Positions 49,799 through 62,151 are shown, counted from the stretch's first letter. The stretch is DNA of 64,000 nt from Octopus sinensis (GCF_006345805.1 NC_043002.1:113336001-113400000), one strand, 5' to 3'. Numbers and translations: made by a program. Notes: a model not told the origin generated them from the sequence alone.

Positions 49799-50032
49799 TT
49801 AAGGCGGCGAGCTGGCAGAAACGTTAGCACGCCAGGCGAAATGCTTAGCGGTATTTCGTCTGCGTTACGTTGTGAGTTCAAATTCAGCCGAGGTCGACTT
49901 TGCCTTTCATCCTTTCGGGGTCGATAAATTAAGTACCAGCTACGCACTGGGGTCGATGTAATCGACTTAATACCTATGTCTGTCCTTGTTTGTCCCCTCT
50001 GTGTTTAGCCCCTTGTGGGTAATAAAGAAATA
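49799..50032 (+). mobile_element. SINE-B, full length
   Basis: Head ggcggcgagctggcagaaacg...gttcaaattcagcc; tail gccc-cttgt-gggt-aataaagaaata; direct repeat ggtattcccattca at 49785-49798 and 50033-50046. Confidence 0.92.
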
Positions 50033-50519
50033 GGTATTCCCATTCAATGCCAATCTCTTTACTAAAACATTGATTGAAAAGTATTTTTAGTCCTATTTTT
50101 TAGATTTTGGTCTGAGATATGGAGTGGACATTTCCAAAAATAGATTTACGCACTACGGGTTATTATGCCATCACTTGAAGGGTATAAATGTATGTAAATA
50201 AAAGCGCTATGAAGCAGATGCAAACTTTTTCTACAGACAGTTTGGGAGTGGATTTTTCAGTCAAAGAAGCAGACGACAGCTGGTCTGAGAGCTTGCGTAT
50301 GAAGTTCGGCTTATAGATGAATATACGAGTCTGCTGTTATGTGTATATGAATGTACCCCTTTAATACTGTGTGTGTGTGTATATGTATGTAATTCTCTCT
50401 CTGTCTTCCTCTCCCTCTCATTCTCTCTCCCTCACCCTCTCTCTCCCACACCCTCTCTCTCTCTCATTCTCTCTCTTTGAGTGTAACGTAATCGCTTTAT
50501 GTCGAAGACAGCTTTTACT

Positions 50520-50572
50520 GATCGTTTCATACGGTTAAGGTGTGTGTGTGTGTGTGTGTGTGTGTAGTTTGT

Positions 50573-50651
<79 letters not shown>

Positions 50652-51022
50652 TTGTGTGTGTGTGTTTGTGTGTGTGTGTTTGTGTGTTTGTGTGTGTGTG
50701 TTTGTGTGTTTGTGTGTGTGTGTGTTGTTGTGTGCGGTGTGTTTGTGTATGTGTGTGTATGTGTGTGTGTGTGTGTTTGTTGTGTGTGTGTGTTTGGGGT
50801 GTGTGTTGTGTGTATGTGTGTGTGTTTGTGGTGTGTGTGTGTGTTTGTGTGTGTGGTGTGTGGTTTGTGTGTGTGGTGTTGGTGTGTGTGTTGGTGTGTG
50901 TTGTTGTGTGTGTGTGTTTGTGTTGGTGGTTTGTGTTGTGTGTGTGTGGTGTGTGTGTGGTTGTTGTGGGTGTGGTTTGTGTGTGTTTGTGTGTATGGGT
51001 GTGGTTGTGTGTGTGTGTGGTT

Positions 51023-51056
<34 letters not shown>

Positions 51057-51382
51057 GTGTGTGTTGTGTTGTGGTGTTTGGTGTGGTGTGTTGTGTGTGT
51101 TTGTGTGTGTGTGTGTGTTTGTGGTGTGGTCTTGTGTGTGTGTGTTTGTGTGTGTGTGGTGTTTGTGTGTGTGTGTTTGTGTGTGTTGTGTTTGTGTGTG
51201 GTTGTGTGGTGTGGTTGTGTGTGTGTTTGTGTGTGGTGTGTGTGTGTGTGTGGTGTGTGTGTTGTGTGTGGTGTTGTGTGGTGTGTGTTTGTTCTGTGTG
51301 TGTGTTGTGTGTGTGTGTGGTGTGTGTGTGTGTTTTGGGGTTGTGGTGTGTTTGTTGTGTGTGTGTGTTGTGTGTGTGTGTT

Positions 51383-51429
<47 letters not shown>

Positions 51430-51590
51430 TGTGTGTGTTTGTGTGGTGTGTGTTTGTGTGTGTGTGTGTTTGTGTGTGTGTGTTTTGTGTGTGTGTTTGT
51501 GTGTGTGTTTTGTGTGTGTGTTTTTGTGGTTTGTTTGTGTGTGTTGTGTGGTGTGTGTGTTGTGTGTGTGTGTGTGTGTGTATGCTTGTG
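50520..51590. repeat. About 1.1-kb degenerate (GT)n/(GTTT/GGT) tract
   Basis: Direct inspection; source of the CVCV ORFs. Confidence 0.95.
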
Positions 51591-51789
51591 TGTGTGGTAT
51601 GTGAGTGTGCGTCTATATATCAGACCAATGGATACATATGTGTATATGCGTGTGGTGTGAGGGGTTACTTATGCACACACACACATACACACACACATAC
51701 ACAGCACAAACACGCAAATATCCATAAGTAACGAAGTAGAAAATGAGAAGGGCTTCTGTATGTTGTAGTTCTTGCGTTTGGGTGTGTAT

Positions 51790-52212
51790 TACTCTCTCTC
51801 TTTTACTCTTTTACTTGTTTCAGTCATTTGACTGCGGCCATGCTGGGGCACCGCCTTTAATCGAGCAACTCGACCTCGGGACTTATTCTTTTGTAAGCCC
51901 AGTACTTATTCTATCGGTCTCTTTTGCCGAACCGCTAAGAGACGGGGACGTAAACACACCACCATCGGTTGTCAAACAATGCTAGAGGTACAAACACAGA
52001 CACACAAACACACACACATACATACATATACATATATATACATATATACGACAGGCTTCTTTCAGTTTCCGTCTACCAAATCCAATCACAAGGCATTGGT
52101 CGGCCTGGGGCTATAGCAGAAGACACTTGCCCAAGATGCCACGCAGTGGGACTGAACCCGGAACCATGTGGTTGGTTAGCAAGCTACTTACCACACAGCC
52201 ACTCCTGCGCCT
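51790..52212 (-). mobile_element. SINE-C, full length
   Basis: Matches the consensus; tail identical to 40870-41127. Confidence 0.9.
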
Positions 52213-52319
52213 ATGTATGTGTATTATAGAAGTAAAAGTTTGTACTGTATGAACGGAAGGATGGATGTAATACGTATCAAGGATATCAAGGGTACGTTTT
52301 ACCCAGAGGTTCGCATACG

Positions 52320-52545
52320 ACTTATTGAAGTTTTTCTTATTAATATTAGTTTCAAATTTTGGCACAAGGCCTGCAATTTCGGGGGCGAGATAAGTCGATT
52401 ACATCTGGTACTTATTTTATCGACCCCAAATTGATTAAAGGCAAAGCTGACCTCGGCGGAATTTGAATTCAGAACGTAAAGACGGACGAAATGCTGCTTA
52501 GCATTTTGCCCGGCATGCTAACGATCCCGCTAGCACGCCGCCTTT
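52320..52545 (-). mobile_element. SINE-B
   Basis: cctcggcggaatttgaattcagaacg...ccgccttta. Confidence 0.8.
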
Positions 52546-52916
52546 AATAGTCAGTGTCAACTTGAAATTCTCCTTTCAGAAATATACATTCGCTTATATC
52601 CCTACCCATAAAGAGAAACATACATGCACGAGCATACACATACAAAAAACACACGCAGACATCATTTTTAAAATCTCACATGTGGAAGAAATTATAAATT
52701 TTACATATGTTCTTCACTGAAATTGAAATTCGTTTATCTAGCATATCATCTATCATATATATCTATATCTTCAGGAATAAGAAATAAGCCTAAGACATTT
52801 TCCTTGGAGACACCCACCAGTAAGAAACCCAAGATATAAAATGAAAGTAAAGCAGACTGATCAGAGATTTAGTAAATGTCAAGCAGAATGAATTACATAT
52901 TTTTTTCTTTTTCTAG

Positions 52917-52937
52917 TGACAAGGATGGTGGAGGAAG
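52917..52937 (+). CDS. Candidate 21-nt microexon of an unidentified host gene
   Basis: Long polypyrimidine tract ending ttctag, exon TGACAAGGATGGTGGAGGAAG, donor AAG|GTAAAT; frame-preserving; reads (x)DKDGGG(R/S) or (x)TRMVEE. Confidence 0.45.
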
Positions 52938-53424
52938 GTAAATATGAAATCATGCCTTGAGCGTGTTTCTATGGTCGGTGTGGAAATTTACGATTTCTGC
53001 AGACTGTAAGAGTAAATTTATAACATAACATCAATGTGGTATCCATGTGTTGATGGGCAGATAAAAAAAAGTTAATTATTATAACTGAGCGCAACTTTTC
53101 CCACGCAATTTGTTGAAAGTAAAAGACAGAAGAAATTTATCTAAAATAGCCAATATTTTGATGTAAAAGAAAAGTCATTTTTAGCTACAAATGAATGTAG
53201 ATATATAATCAAAAATCATTTCATAAGCTGAATAGATTAGCCTTCGAATTTCCGGATGAAACAATAATTCCTTTCTTCTTTTATTCTCTTACATGTTTCC
53301 TTGAACTGATGAGGTACCACTTACTAGAATATAACCATGTACGACTGATAAGCAAAATCGTTCATCAAACAGCTACAATTTATAGAAATGCATGATGAAC
53401 GTATTGCACAATATGAGGCAAAAC

Positions 53425-54145
53425 GAAGGTGACGAGCTGGTAGAATCGCTAGCACGCAGGGGAAAATGCTAAGTGATATTTCGTCTGCCATTATATTCTG
53501 ATTTCAAATTCCGTTGCTGTCAGCTTTGCCTTTCATCATTACGGGGTCGATAAAGTAAGTACAAGTTGACTACTGGGGTTGAAGTAATCTCCCGAAATTG
53601 ATGGCCTTGTGCCATAGTTTGAGACCAATATTATGTAAAAAGTTTTATAAATGTGTTATAACGGTATCGACCAGAATACTGGGTGCCGTGGTACACTGTT
53701 GTTCACAATGCGCTTCTTCGCATCGTTTTAGCATGCGAATGATGCCACCTTGCTGGCTAGGCGGGCAAACCAACACTCGCCCTGAACAAAGCGCCAGTCC
53801 GTGGCAGCGTTACACACTAGCAGCTGAAGTAACGTGAAATGAAGTGTTTTGCTAAAGAACACAACCCACTGCTGGTCTGGGAATCGAAGCACGATCGTGA
53901 GACCACGCGCCCTCATGTTAATGCGTTAAACAATATCTTATAACAAAAGAATAATTTAAACGGAAGCCTTTATGTTCTTTTACGGTGGAAGAATCTTTTT
54001 CTACTCTAGACACAAAGTCCCGAAATTTATGGGGAGGGGGGGCCAGTCGATTAGATCGACCCCAGTTGGCATCTGGTACATAATGTATCGACCCCGAAAG
54101 GATGAAAGGGAGAGTCGACCTCGGCGGAATTTGAACTCAGTTACG
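53425..54145. mobile_element. SINE-B (plus, about 53425-53625; minus, about 53995-54145) flanking a diverged SINE with A'-like tail (minus, about 53690-53915)
   Basis: B-box cttcgattcccagacc and tail related to 63631-63720. Confidence 0.6.
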
Positions 54146-54384
54146 GTGTAAGAATTATTGCTTGAAGTAGTTATTTATTGAGTAAATTCCAAACAGGGAA
54201 ATAAAAGCTAACGAAATTCTTGCATTTTAAAACAATATTCGGTTACGAAAACCCTAAATAAACTTGCGTTAACGAAATCTATTCCAAAACTTTTTGGTCG
54301 TGTCTTGACAACCTGTTTCATCCCCAGTCTTCCTCCTTGAAAATTAAGCACTAAATTGAAACGATGAAAGCTAGATGATGCCAT

Positions 54385-54418
<34 letters not shown>

Positions 54419-54940
54419 TTCTGTGTGTGTGTATAAAGTGAAACAGCAACAGCCACGCAACTAATGGATGATGGGTGAGAACTTGAACTGCCAAAGAGCA
54501 GCTCATAAATCAGATAGGCCGTGTCAAGACAGCTGTTAGCACGAGTAGTAATTTATAACCCACTACTCTAGGATAATTTAGCCACTTTGTTCCACTCTTT
54601 TTTTTCTTGACTGTATATTGAACCAAATATACGTAATGGAAAGTAACGTTTAATAATACTAAATTACTTGAATGAATCTTTACTTAGATATTCTAGTAAA
54701 CGATTTTGTGAATAAGTAATAGTTAGGAATTTGTTAATAGCTTCAAGCTGGTTATTAATTTAAAAGGCAGAGAAGAATGCCAAATGCTGGAATCATGAAT
54801 GTGTTCATTACAGATTATAAAATTATATCAATACACATACACACTCTCACACACACATGCATATGTGTGCGCCTATGTGTATATGTGTGTGTGTGTGTAT
54901 AAACATATATATATATATACATATATATATATAATATAAT

Positions 54941-56541
54941 ATAATTTCAACAATTGAGGGTAAAATTATTAATTAATCAATTTCACCAAGTATTCAGTAT
55001 GCAAAGGGACCATTTAAGGCGAATTCAAATTATTACATTATATAAAAGGGCTTAGTAAAATAAATTACTTTGCCGCATACTGAACTCATTAGAAATAGCA
55101 GCTAAAAAACTTTTTTAAAACTATTTCTAATACTTAAAGAAAACCTCTCTCATATAGTGTTTGCTCAATTCAACTCACGCAAATATGGGGGTAGAGACAT
55201 TAAAAAATCAAGTGCAAAGGTTATTTGAGAACGTACGTTTTCAAGATAGTCAAACGACATTTCTATCATCAGCTCAGAACTCCTGGTTTGGATTTGAAAA
55301 CACTGAAAGTGGGAGCATACCCTTTCGGCTTCCTCTCGCTTCTGAAGATCTGCTCCCAACAACAGTGCCAACAAAACCCAAAATGCAAGCGAAGAATTTT
55401 GCTCTCCCCTTTCCAGCGTGGGTTAAAATCAGTAAACACTATGCTTTTTTCGGTAAAGTCCGCGGCATTATATGAGAGAGATGAATTATAATTTCAACAA
55501 TTGAGGGTGGTAAAATAATTAATTAATCAATTTCACCAAGTATTCAGTATGCAAAGGGACCATTTAAGGCGAATTCAAATTATTACATTATATAAAAGGG
55601 CTTAGTAAAATAAATACTTTGCCGCATACTGAACTCATTAGAAATAGCAGCTAAAAAACTTTTTTAAAACTATTTCTAATACTTAAAGAAAACCTCTCTC
55701 ATATAGTGTTTGCTCATTCAACTCACGCAAATATGGGGGTAGAGTAGAGAATTAAAAAATCAAGTGCAAAGGTTATTTGAGAACGTACGTTTCAAGATTA
55801 GTCAACACGACATTTCTATCATCAGCTCAGAACTCCCTGGTTTGGATTTGAAAACACTGAAAGTGGGAGCATATTTGCGTGAGTTGATTGAGCAAACACT
55901 ATATGAGAGAGGTTTTCTTTAAGTATTAGAAATAGTTTTAAAAAAGTTTTTTAGCTGCTATTTCTAATGAGTTCAGTATGCGGCAAAGTAATTTATTTTA
56001 CTAAGCCCTTTTATATAATGTAATAATTGAATTCGCCTTAAATGGTCCCTTTGCATACTGAATACTTGGTGAACTTTGATTAATTAATAATTTTACCCTC
56101 AATTGTTGAAATTATAATTCATCTCTCTCTATATAATGCCGCGGACTTTACCGAAAAAAGCATAGTGTTTATGATTTTAACCCACGCTGGTGGAAAGGGA
56201 GAGCAGAAGAAATTCTTCGCTTGCATTTTTGGGTTTGTTGGCACTGTTAGTTGGGAGCAGATCTTCAGAAGCGAGAGGAAGCCGAAAGGGTATGCTCCCA
56301 CTTTCAGTGTTTCAAATCCAAACCGGAGTTCTGAGCTGATGATAGAAATGTCGTGTGACTAATCTTGAAACGTACGTTCTCAATAACCTTTGCACTTGAT
56401 TTTTTAATGTCTCTACCCCCATATTTGCGTGAGTTGAATTGAGCAAACACTATATGAGAGAGGTTTTCTTTAAGTATTAGAAATAGCTTTAAAAAAGTTT
56501 TTTAGCTGCTATTTCTAATGAGTTCAGTATGCGGCAAAGTA
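54941..56541. repeat. Tandem-plus-inverted array of a 547-bp family E unit with hammerhead motif
   Basis: Forward 54941-55873 (about 1.7 units), inverted 55870-56541 (about 1.2 units), junction microhomology CATA; (TA)n on both sides. Confidence 0.9.
56325..56388 (+). ncRNA. Type I hammerhead ribozyme motif (also minus-strand copies at 55219-55283 and 55771-55836)
   Basis: Stem I tgag/ctca, core CTGATGA 56336-42, stem II with internal loop, GAA, palindromic stem III acgtacgt, GUU site; U.U at the base of stem II. Confidence 0.6.
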
Positions 56542-56559
56542 TATAATATATATATATAT

Positions 56560-56611
<52 letters not shown>

Positions 56612-56616
<5 letters not shown>

Positions 56617-56810
56617 TATAGGACACCACAAATAGACGCTACCTTCGAAACACGCATGGAGTCGAACCGGGGACAGCTGATGAAGGGGAATGTTCCTTGC
56701 GTTGTTTGTCTTGTGCTCTGTTTTTTCGTTGTTAAAAAAGTCCGTTTCCATGTTTTTATGTTTTCGTTTCTCGTTGAGTTCTGCGTCTATTTGTGGTGTC
56801 CTGTACTCAT
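56612..56810. mobile_element. 199-bp element with 28-bp TIRs in (TA)n
   Basis: atgagtataggacaccacaaatagacgc versus gcgtctatttgtggtgtcctgtactcat (one mismatch). Confidence 0.8.
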
Positions 56811-56924
56811 ATATTTATATATATATGTATATGCATGTATATATACATGTAGATGTAGGTACGTACATATATGTATGTATGTATGCATATATTTTATTTA
56901 TTAAATTATTATATATATATATAT

Positions 56925-57081
56925 ATATACATTATTTACATTTGACGGATATTTGTCCCCATCTTGTTTGTTGTTAACACAACGTTTCGGCGGATATACC
57001 CTCCAGCATTCATCAAGTGTCTTGGGGAAATTTCGAACCTGGTTTCTCATTCTAGGAATGAGAACCCAGGTTCGAAATTCC
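56925..57081 (-). mobile_element. pLTR fragment with decayed HHR and 5' fold-back hairpin (57026-57081)
   Basis: acac-ttgatga-a...gaaac-gtt-gtgt on minus; palindrome centred on ctag. Confidence 0.65.
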
Positions 57082-57160
57082 AACATTTGTCATTCTTCTC
57101 TGCGTTTTAACTATTACTTATTCACAAGATCGTTCACTAGAATATCTAGGTATTTTTCGA

Positions 57161-57197
<37 letters not shown>

Positions 57198-57269
57198 TTT
57201 ACTGCCTGGACTCGAACTCGGAATCTTGTGGTAAGTAGCCCGTGCTCTTAACCACTACTCTACGGGCAT

Positions 57270-57860
57270 TATTATTAACCAAGCAATAACATTCCTTTAG
57301 TTGTCAATATGTACTGCACAGTCAATATAGCAAAAATCCTTAAAACTTGCCACCAACCAGTTGTTACCAATCGATAACTTTTAACTATTAATCTTCCAGT
57401 AAACTCTTCCTTTCGAACCAAATACTCTTAATCTACCAAAGTTTCTTACCTACAATCACACCTTCTTATCCACAAATAAACAGTATCCTGCCAGGAACTT
57501 CCTACCAATAGGACCTAAATGTCTCCGACCAAAAGGCACTTATAGATCGCCATCAGTTAGTATGTCTTTAAAAACAGATCCATAATTACTAATTTTCGTT
57601 CTGCTCAACAGGTCTTTGCCATTAGCTGTTTACCGTCGATAACAACCACGCCGTATTGATAACACGATACAATCAGTTACCCTAAACAGTACTCCTAACA
57701 AATAAATAATCTCCTATTTATTACCTAGTAACAGCAAGCAGTCAGCAGTGCTCTGTGGACAATTTCCTTCAAACTGTTCCATCGGCCTCATGTGACTGAC
57801 TCCTAACAATATTACCCAAGAGGGATTTTTGATTTGTCTCAATAGAATTAACATTGCAAG
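57270..57860 (+). pseudogene. Heavily decayed possible PLE RT/thumb remnant
   Basis: LPVNSS...KVSYLQ... and, in the duplicate at 58644-58770, KYFLPKGTY loosely resemble PLE HP...PYSQ...FL.RGY; many stops. Confidence 0.3.
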
Positions 57861-57995
57861 TCTGCATATGAGAAGTATTATATTTTACTCAAGTCAATCA
57901 AATTGTATTTACACAAAGAAAACTATACATAAATATATATATATAATATATATATATAGAGAGATACTATATATATATATATATATATATTGTAT

Positions 57996-58026
<31 letters not shown>

Positions 58027-58122
58027 GTGTATTTAATATTTAATATTATAATATATCTATATATATATTGTATTTATATATAATTTTATATCTATCATAT
58101 ATATATATATATGTGTGTATGT

Positions 58123-58168
<46 letters not shown>

Positions 58169-58579
58169 TGTGTGTGTACGTACATCTCATAAGGTGGTCT
58201 TAAGTATTCACTTAAGACCGGAAAAGAAATAGGACCAGTGTATATGTATGTGTGTAACTGTGAGCGTCGAAACATGAACTGCTAATTTATTTTACAGATA
58301 CCAAAACTTTTTTTTTACCTCATTAAGGAGTTTTAGAAAACATATTATATTTATTGGAGTTTAAACTCTGGTTATAAGATTAGACTTACATCTGAATATC
58401 ACAAAGTATTTCACAGGTCTCAGAGATAATCCCAACGAGATTAATTTGGTTACTTGGAAGTAGCACCACAGCATAGGTCGCCATGCTAAAACCGCATCTG
58501 GTTTCTATTTTAGTAGGTACGTATGCTCAGAGCTCATGCAAACATTTTTAATCCAGTGTCTTAAATGTGTGTGTGTGTG

Positions 58580-58615
<36 letters not shown>

Positions 58616-58984
58616 ATGCGCATGCATACATATATATATATACATCAACAGTATCCTGCCCGGAACTTCCTACCAATAGGACCTAAATGTCTCCAACCAA
58701 ATACTTCCTACCAAAAGGCACTTATAGATCGCCATCAGTTAGTATGTCTTTATAAACAGATCCATATATGGACAGCTGTCTGGGAGATATCTTATGGTAG
58801 TAGAATAGTATTTAACTGCTATTTCTAAATTTCGGTTTGTGGTGAAGCAAATTTGCTGAACCCTAATTATGCTTGTAATTATAGAATTTTTGTATAAGGT
58901 TGCTGAAAATGGTTCATTTAACATACCGAACTACTTGGTAAAATTATTAATTATTAATTGATTAATTAATTTTACCCTTTGTTA

Positions 58985-59039
<55 letters not shown>

Positions 59040-59322
59040 CATTATTATTATTATTATTATATACACATACATACACATAAATATATACATACACATAAAT
59101 ATGTACGTATACACACACACATATATATATATGTACATATACGTACATATATATATACATATATATATACACATATATACGTACATACACGTATATATGT
59201 ATGTGTGTGTGTGGTGTGTGTGTAAATATATATATATATACATTTACACGCACATTATATATATTATGTACATATATATTATGTATATATGTGCATAATA
59301 TATATTATATATACATATGTAT

Positions 59323-59360
<38 letters not shown>

Positions 59361-59866
59361 GGTATTATGTATATATATATATATATTATGTACATATATA
59401 TTTATATATAATACGCATAACACTGAATCCGAGAATTTGCCGGTATTTCCAACGCGAGCAACTGTCTGTTGTGTGACTGTCCCTTCACCCATCGTCCAGG
59501 GACCCGATGCACTAACAGAAATGAGGCTCCAAACCAACACACAAACTACAATACAAAAAAAAAACCGCAGTAATGTTGGTCCAGTCTTTTCACGAAGACA
59601 CAAAAACAGTAGCAACAAGAAGAACCACAACAAAAGCAGAAACGACAACCCTATCGAACAGTGCAACCACACTTCCAGTCAAAAACTGCTCCCTAAAAAT
59701 TTAAATTCTTATTTAGCCATGTTGAACCTGACAAAAGAGATAGAAAAAGAACTTTTAGCAATCACTCAATACCATCCTATGCTATTACCGCAGTGCACCA
59801 ACTCCCCACATTGCTGGTTTTGAAAAAATTAGTTTGTATTATCTCTAGATACAGTAATCTATAATA

Positions 59867-60259
59867 GTGGAGACGCAATGGCCCAGTGGTTAGGGCAGCG
59901 GACTCGCGGTCATAGGATCGCGGTTTCGATTCCCAGACCGGGCGTTGTGAGTGTTTATTGAGCGAAAACACCTAAAGCTCCACGAGGCTCCGGCAGGGAT
60001 GGTGGTGATCCCTGCTGTACTCTTTCACCACAACTTTCTCTCACTCTTACTTCCTGTTCCTGTTTCTGTTGTACCTGTATTTCAAAGGGCCGGCCTTGTC
60101 ACTCTCTGTGTCACGCTGAATATCTACGAGAACTACGTTAAGGGTACACGTGTCTGTGGAGTGCTCAGCCACTTACACGTTAATTTCACGAGCAGGCTGT
60201 TCCGTTGATTCGGATCAACCGGAACCCTCGTCGTCGTAACCGACGGAGTGCTTCCATCC
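59867..60259 (+). mobile_element. SINE-A, full length
   Basis: TSD aatctataata at 59856-59866 and 60260-60270. Confidence 0.92.
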
Positions 60260-60369
60260 AATCTATAATAATAATAATAATACATTAACAGAGCAAACTT
60301 ATACAGAGTACAAAAATATAGAAAAATAAAGGGAAGAAGGTATAGTGTTACAAGTCCGACAGCTTTTCT

Positions 60370-61600
60370 TGGGGGCTCGGAGTTGCTTCATAATGTTGGC
60401 AGGTGTAGTTCACCAGAATATGCAACCAGTAATGGAAACTAATAAACATTGGATAGATCCAGCCTCCGTCTTCATGGTCGAGAGATAAAATTCAGATGAT
60501 AATGCAGGGAAATTCAAAGGTAGAATGGGTGAAGTGGAAGGCAAGCAGTAGTGGAGGAAGTAGATGGCACGATGTGATTGTGAGAAGTGTTGAAGCAAGG
60601 AAGGACAGGAAGAGATAAGAGAGTCAGTTCAGGAAGATAGAAGGGAAAAGTAGTAGTAGTAGAAATGAAGAGTGAGAGGATAAATGGGGTGGTGGGATGA
60701 GTAATATTTGGAGGGTGGACGTTGTTATTGGGTTTGTGAATAGATATTAAAATTTAGGGATTGTAGGGGTATAGAACTAAGGTAAATTGTGATAGCGAGA
60801 GAAGAGAGGGGCGCGTATTAAAGAGAGGGAAAGCGTCCAGTTGTACATGCTAGTCGGATAGCGAATGAGGAATTCGAAGGAGGGTTGGCGGAAGAAGGAG
60901 GGTACTAAGGTAGGGAGAATGTATAAGAGAAATAGAGGAAGATGGACAGAGAAGCAGAGAGGGATGAAAAGTTTAGTAGCTAAGGTAGTAGTAGGTAGTG
61001 CTAAGTAGTTTAGATTGAAGAGGATCCAGGAAAAGATGAGAAAAAGAATTCAAAGTATGAGGATGGGGTGGCTGTGCAGAGGGATGTGCTGAGTAAGAGG
61101 AATGCACAAATGTAATCCTTAAGAAGGAATATTTGGTAGAGAGGGTGGTATTAGTAGAAGAGGTTCCTAGTGTGACCAAGTTAAGGTTAATCGTATTTAG
61201 AGAATGACATAGATTTAGCAAAATGAGCAAACGATGAGTAGGATCTGTGTTTACATAAGAGGATTACATGTGAGAATCTAATAAGGGGTCGTAGTTGCGA
61301 AAGATGGTGAGCGATTCCCTTAGACACAGTTTACAGGTACTGAGGTTAGTGTTGCACGGGAGAGCCTCATTGACGATGGAAAACGATAGGGTATAGGAAA
61401 TATTTTAGGATTTGAGGTTGTGTATACGAAGAGGTGCTGAAACGCTTCTGGCTTTAAATGTATTGCGAAAGACGTGGTCGAGGTCCAAAATTCCGAGTCC
61501 TTTTACAGGGTTTAGAAAACACCGAAGGGCTTCTGCAATAAGTGTGTGAATCTGAGAAGGGAATATGTAGATAAAAATCATAATTAACTGATCCTCATGT
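60370..61600 (-). mobile_element. Penelope-like element 3' fragment (same family as 26290-26740): EN C-terminus, long purine tract, pLTR
   Basis: HNLKS*NISYTLSFSIV...CKLCLRESLTIF...CKHR at about 61190-61430. Confidence 0.75.
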
Positions 61601-61929
61601 ATTTTCATTTAACCAAAGCCATGAACTTTTCATCATCCCCTCAGACAGGACGTAGATAATTTAGAAGTTGAATATATATATATCAGAATCAAGATTAATA
61701 TTTTCCTACCATTGATGTAGTGTTGTGTATCGGTTATGTAGTATCATTCCCTCTGGATACCACCTTGTTAACATGTATAAAGGTCATTCTTTGTGTTACT
61801 TTCCTGTTTTCAATTTTTTTCTCTCGTTTGCGTATTTAACTCGTTTGTTTTCGTACTTTATGTTGTTTACAGCTGGTGACGTCCTGTAGCCATATATGCA
61901 TATATATATATATATATATACATATATAA

Positions 61930-62002
61930 ATATGCTGCAACTGTTTTCGTTCCAGCACACGATCTCAGATCATGTCACTTGCTATGCAAGTACATCTCCG
62001 TA
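61930..62002. mobile_element. Family D fragment in (TA)n
   Basis: Reverse complement of 4488-4560. Confidence 0.65.
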
Positions 62003-62003
62003 A

Positions 62004-62039
<36 letters not shown>

Positions 62040-62099
62040 AATACATATATATATATATATATGTATATATATAATATATATATAATATATATATATTTA

Positions 62100-62151
<52 letters not shown>

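Noticed and set aside
50540-51731. 354-385 aa Cys/Val-rich ORFs
   Set aside because: Translations of a degenerate (GT)n tract, which has no stop codons; not metallothionein- or keratin-like genes.
53305-53345. CTGATGAG followed by gtac...gtac
   Set aside because: No GAAA/NUH or stem I; probably chance.
54941-56541. CRISPR-like or satellite interpretation of the array
   Set aside because: No short repeat-spacer periodicity; the unit is a 547-bp dispersed repeat in a eukaryotic context.
57202-57266. Isolated tRNA-like sequence on minus
   Set aside because: The anticodon stem does not pair; more likely a SINE head fragment.
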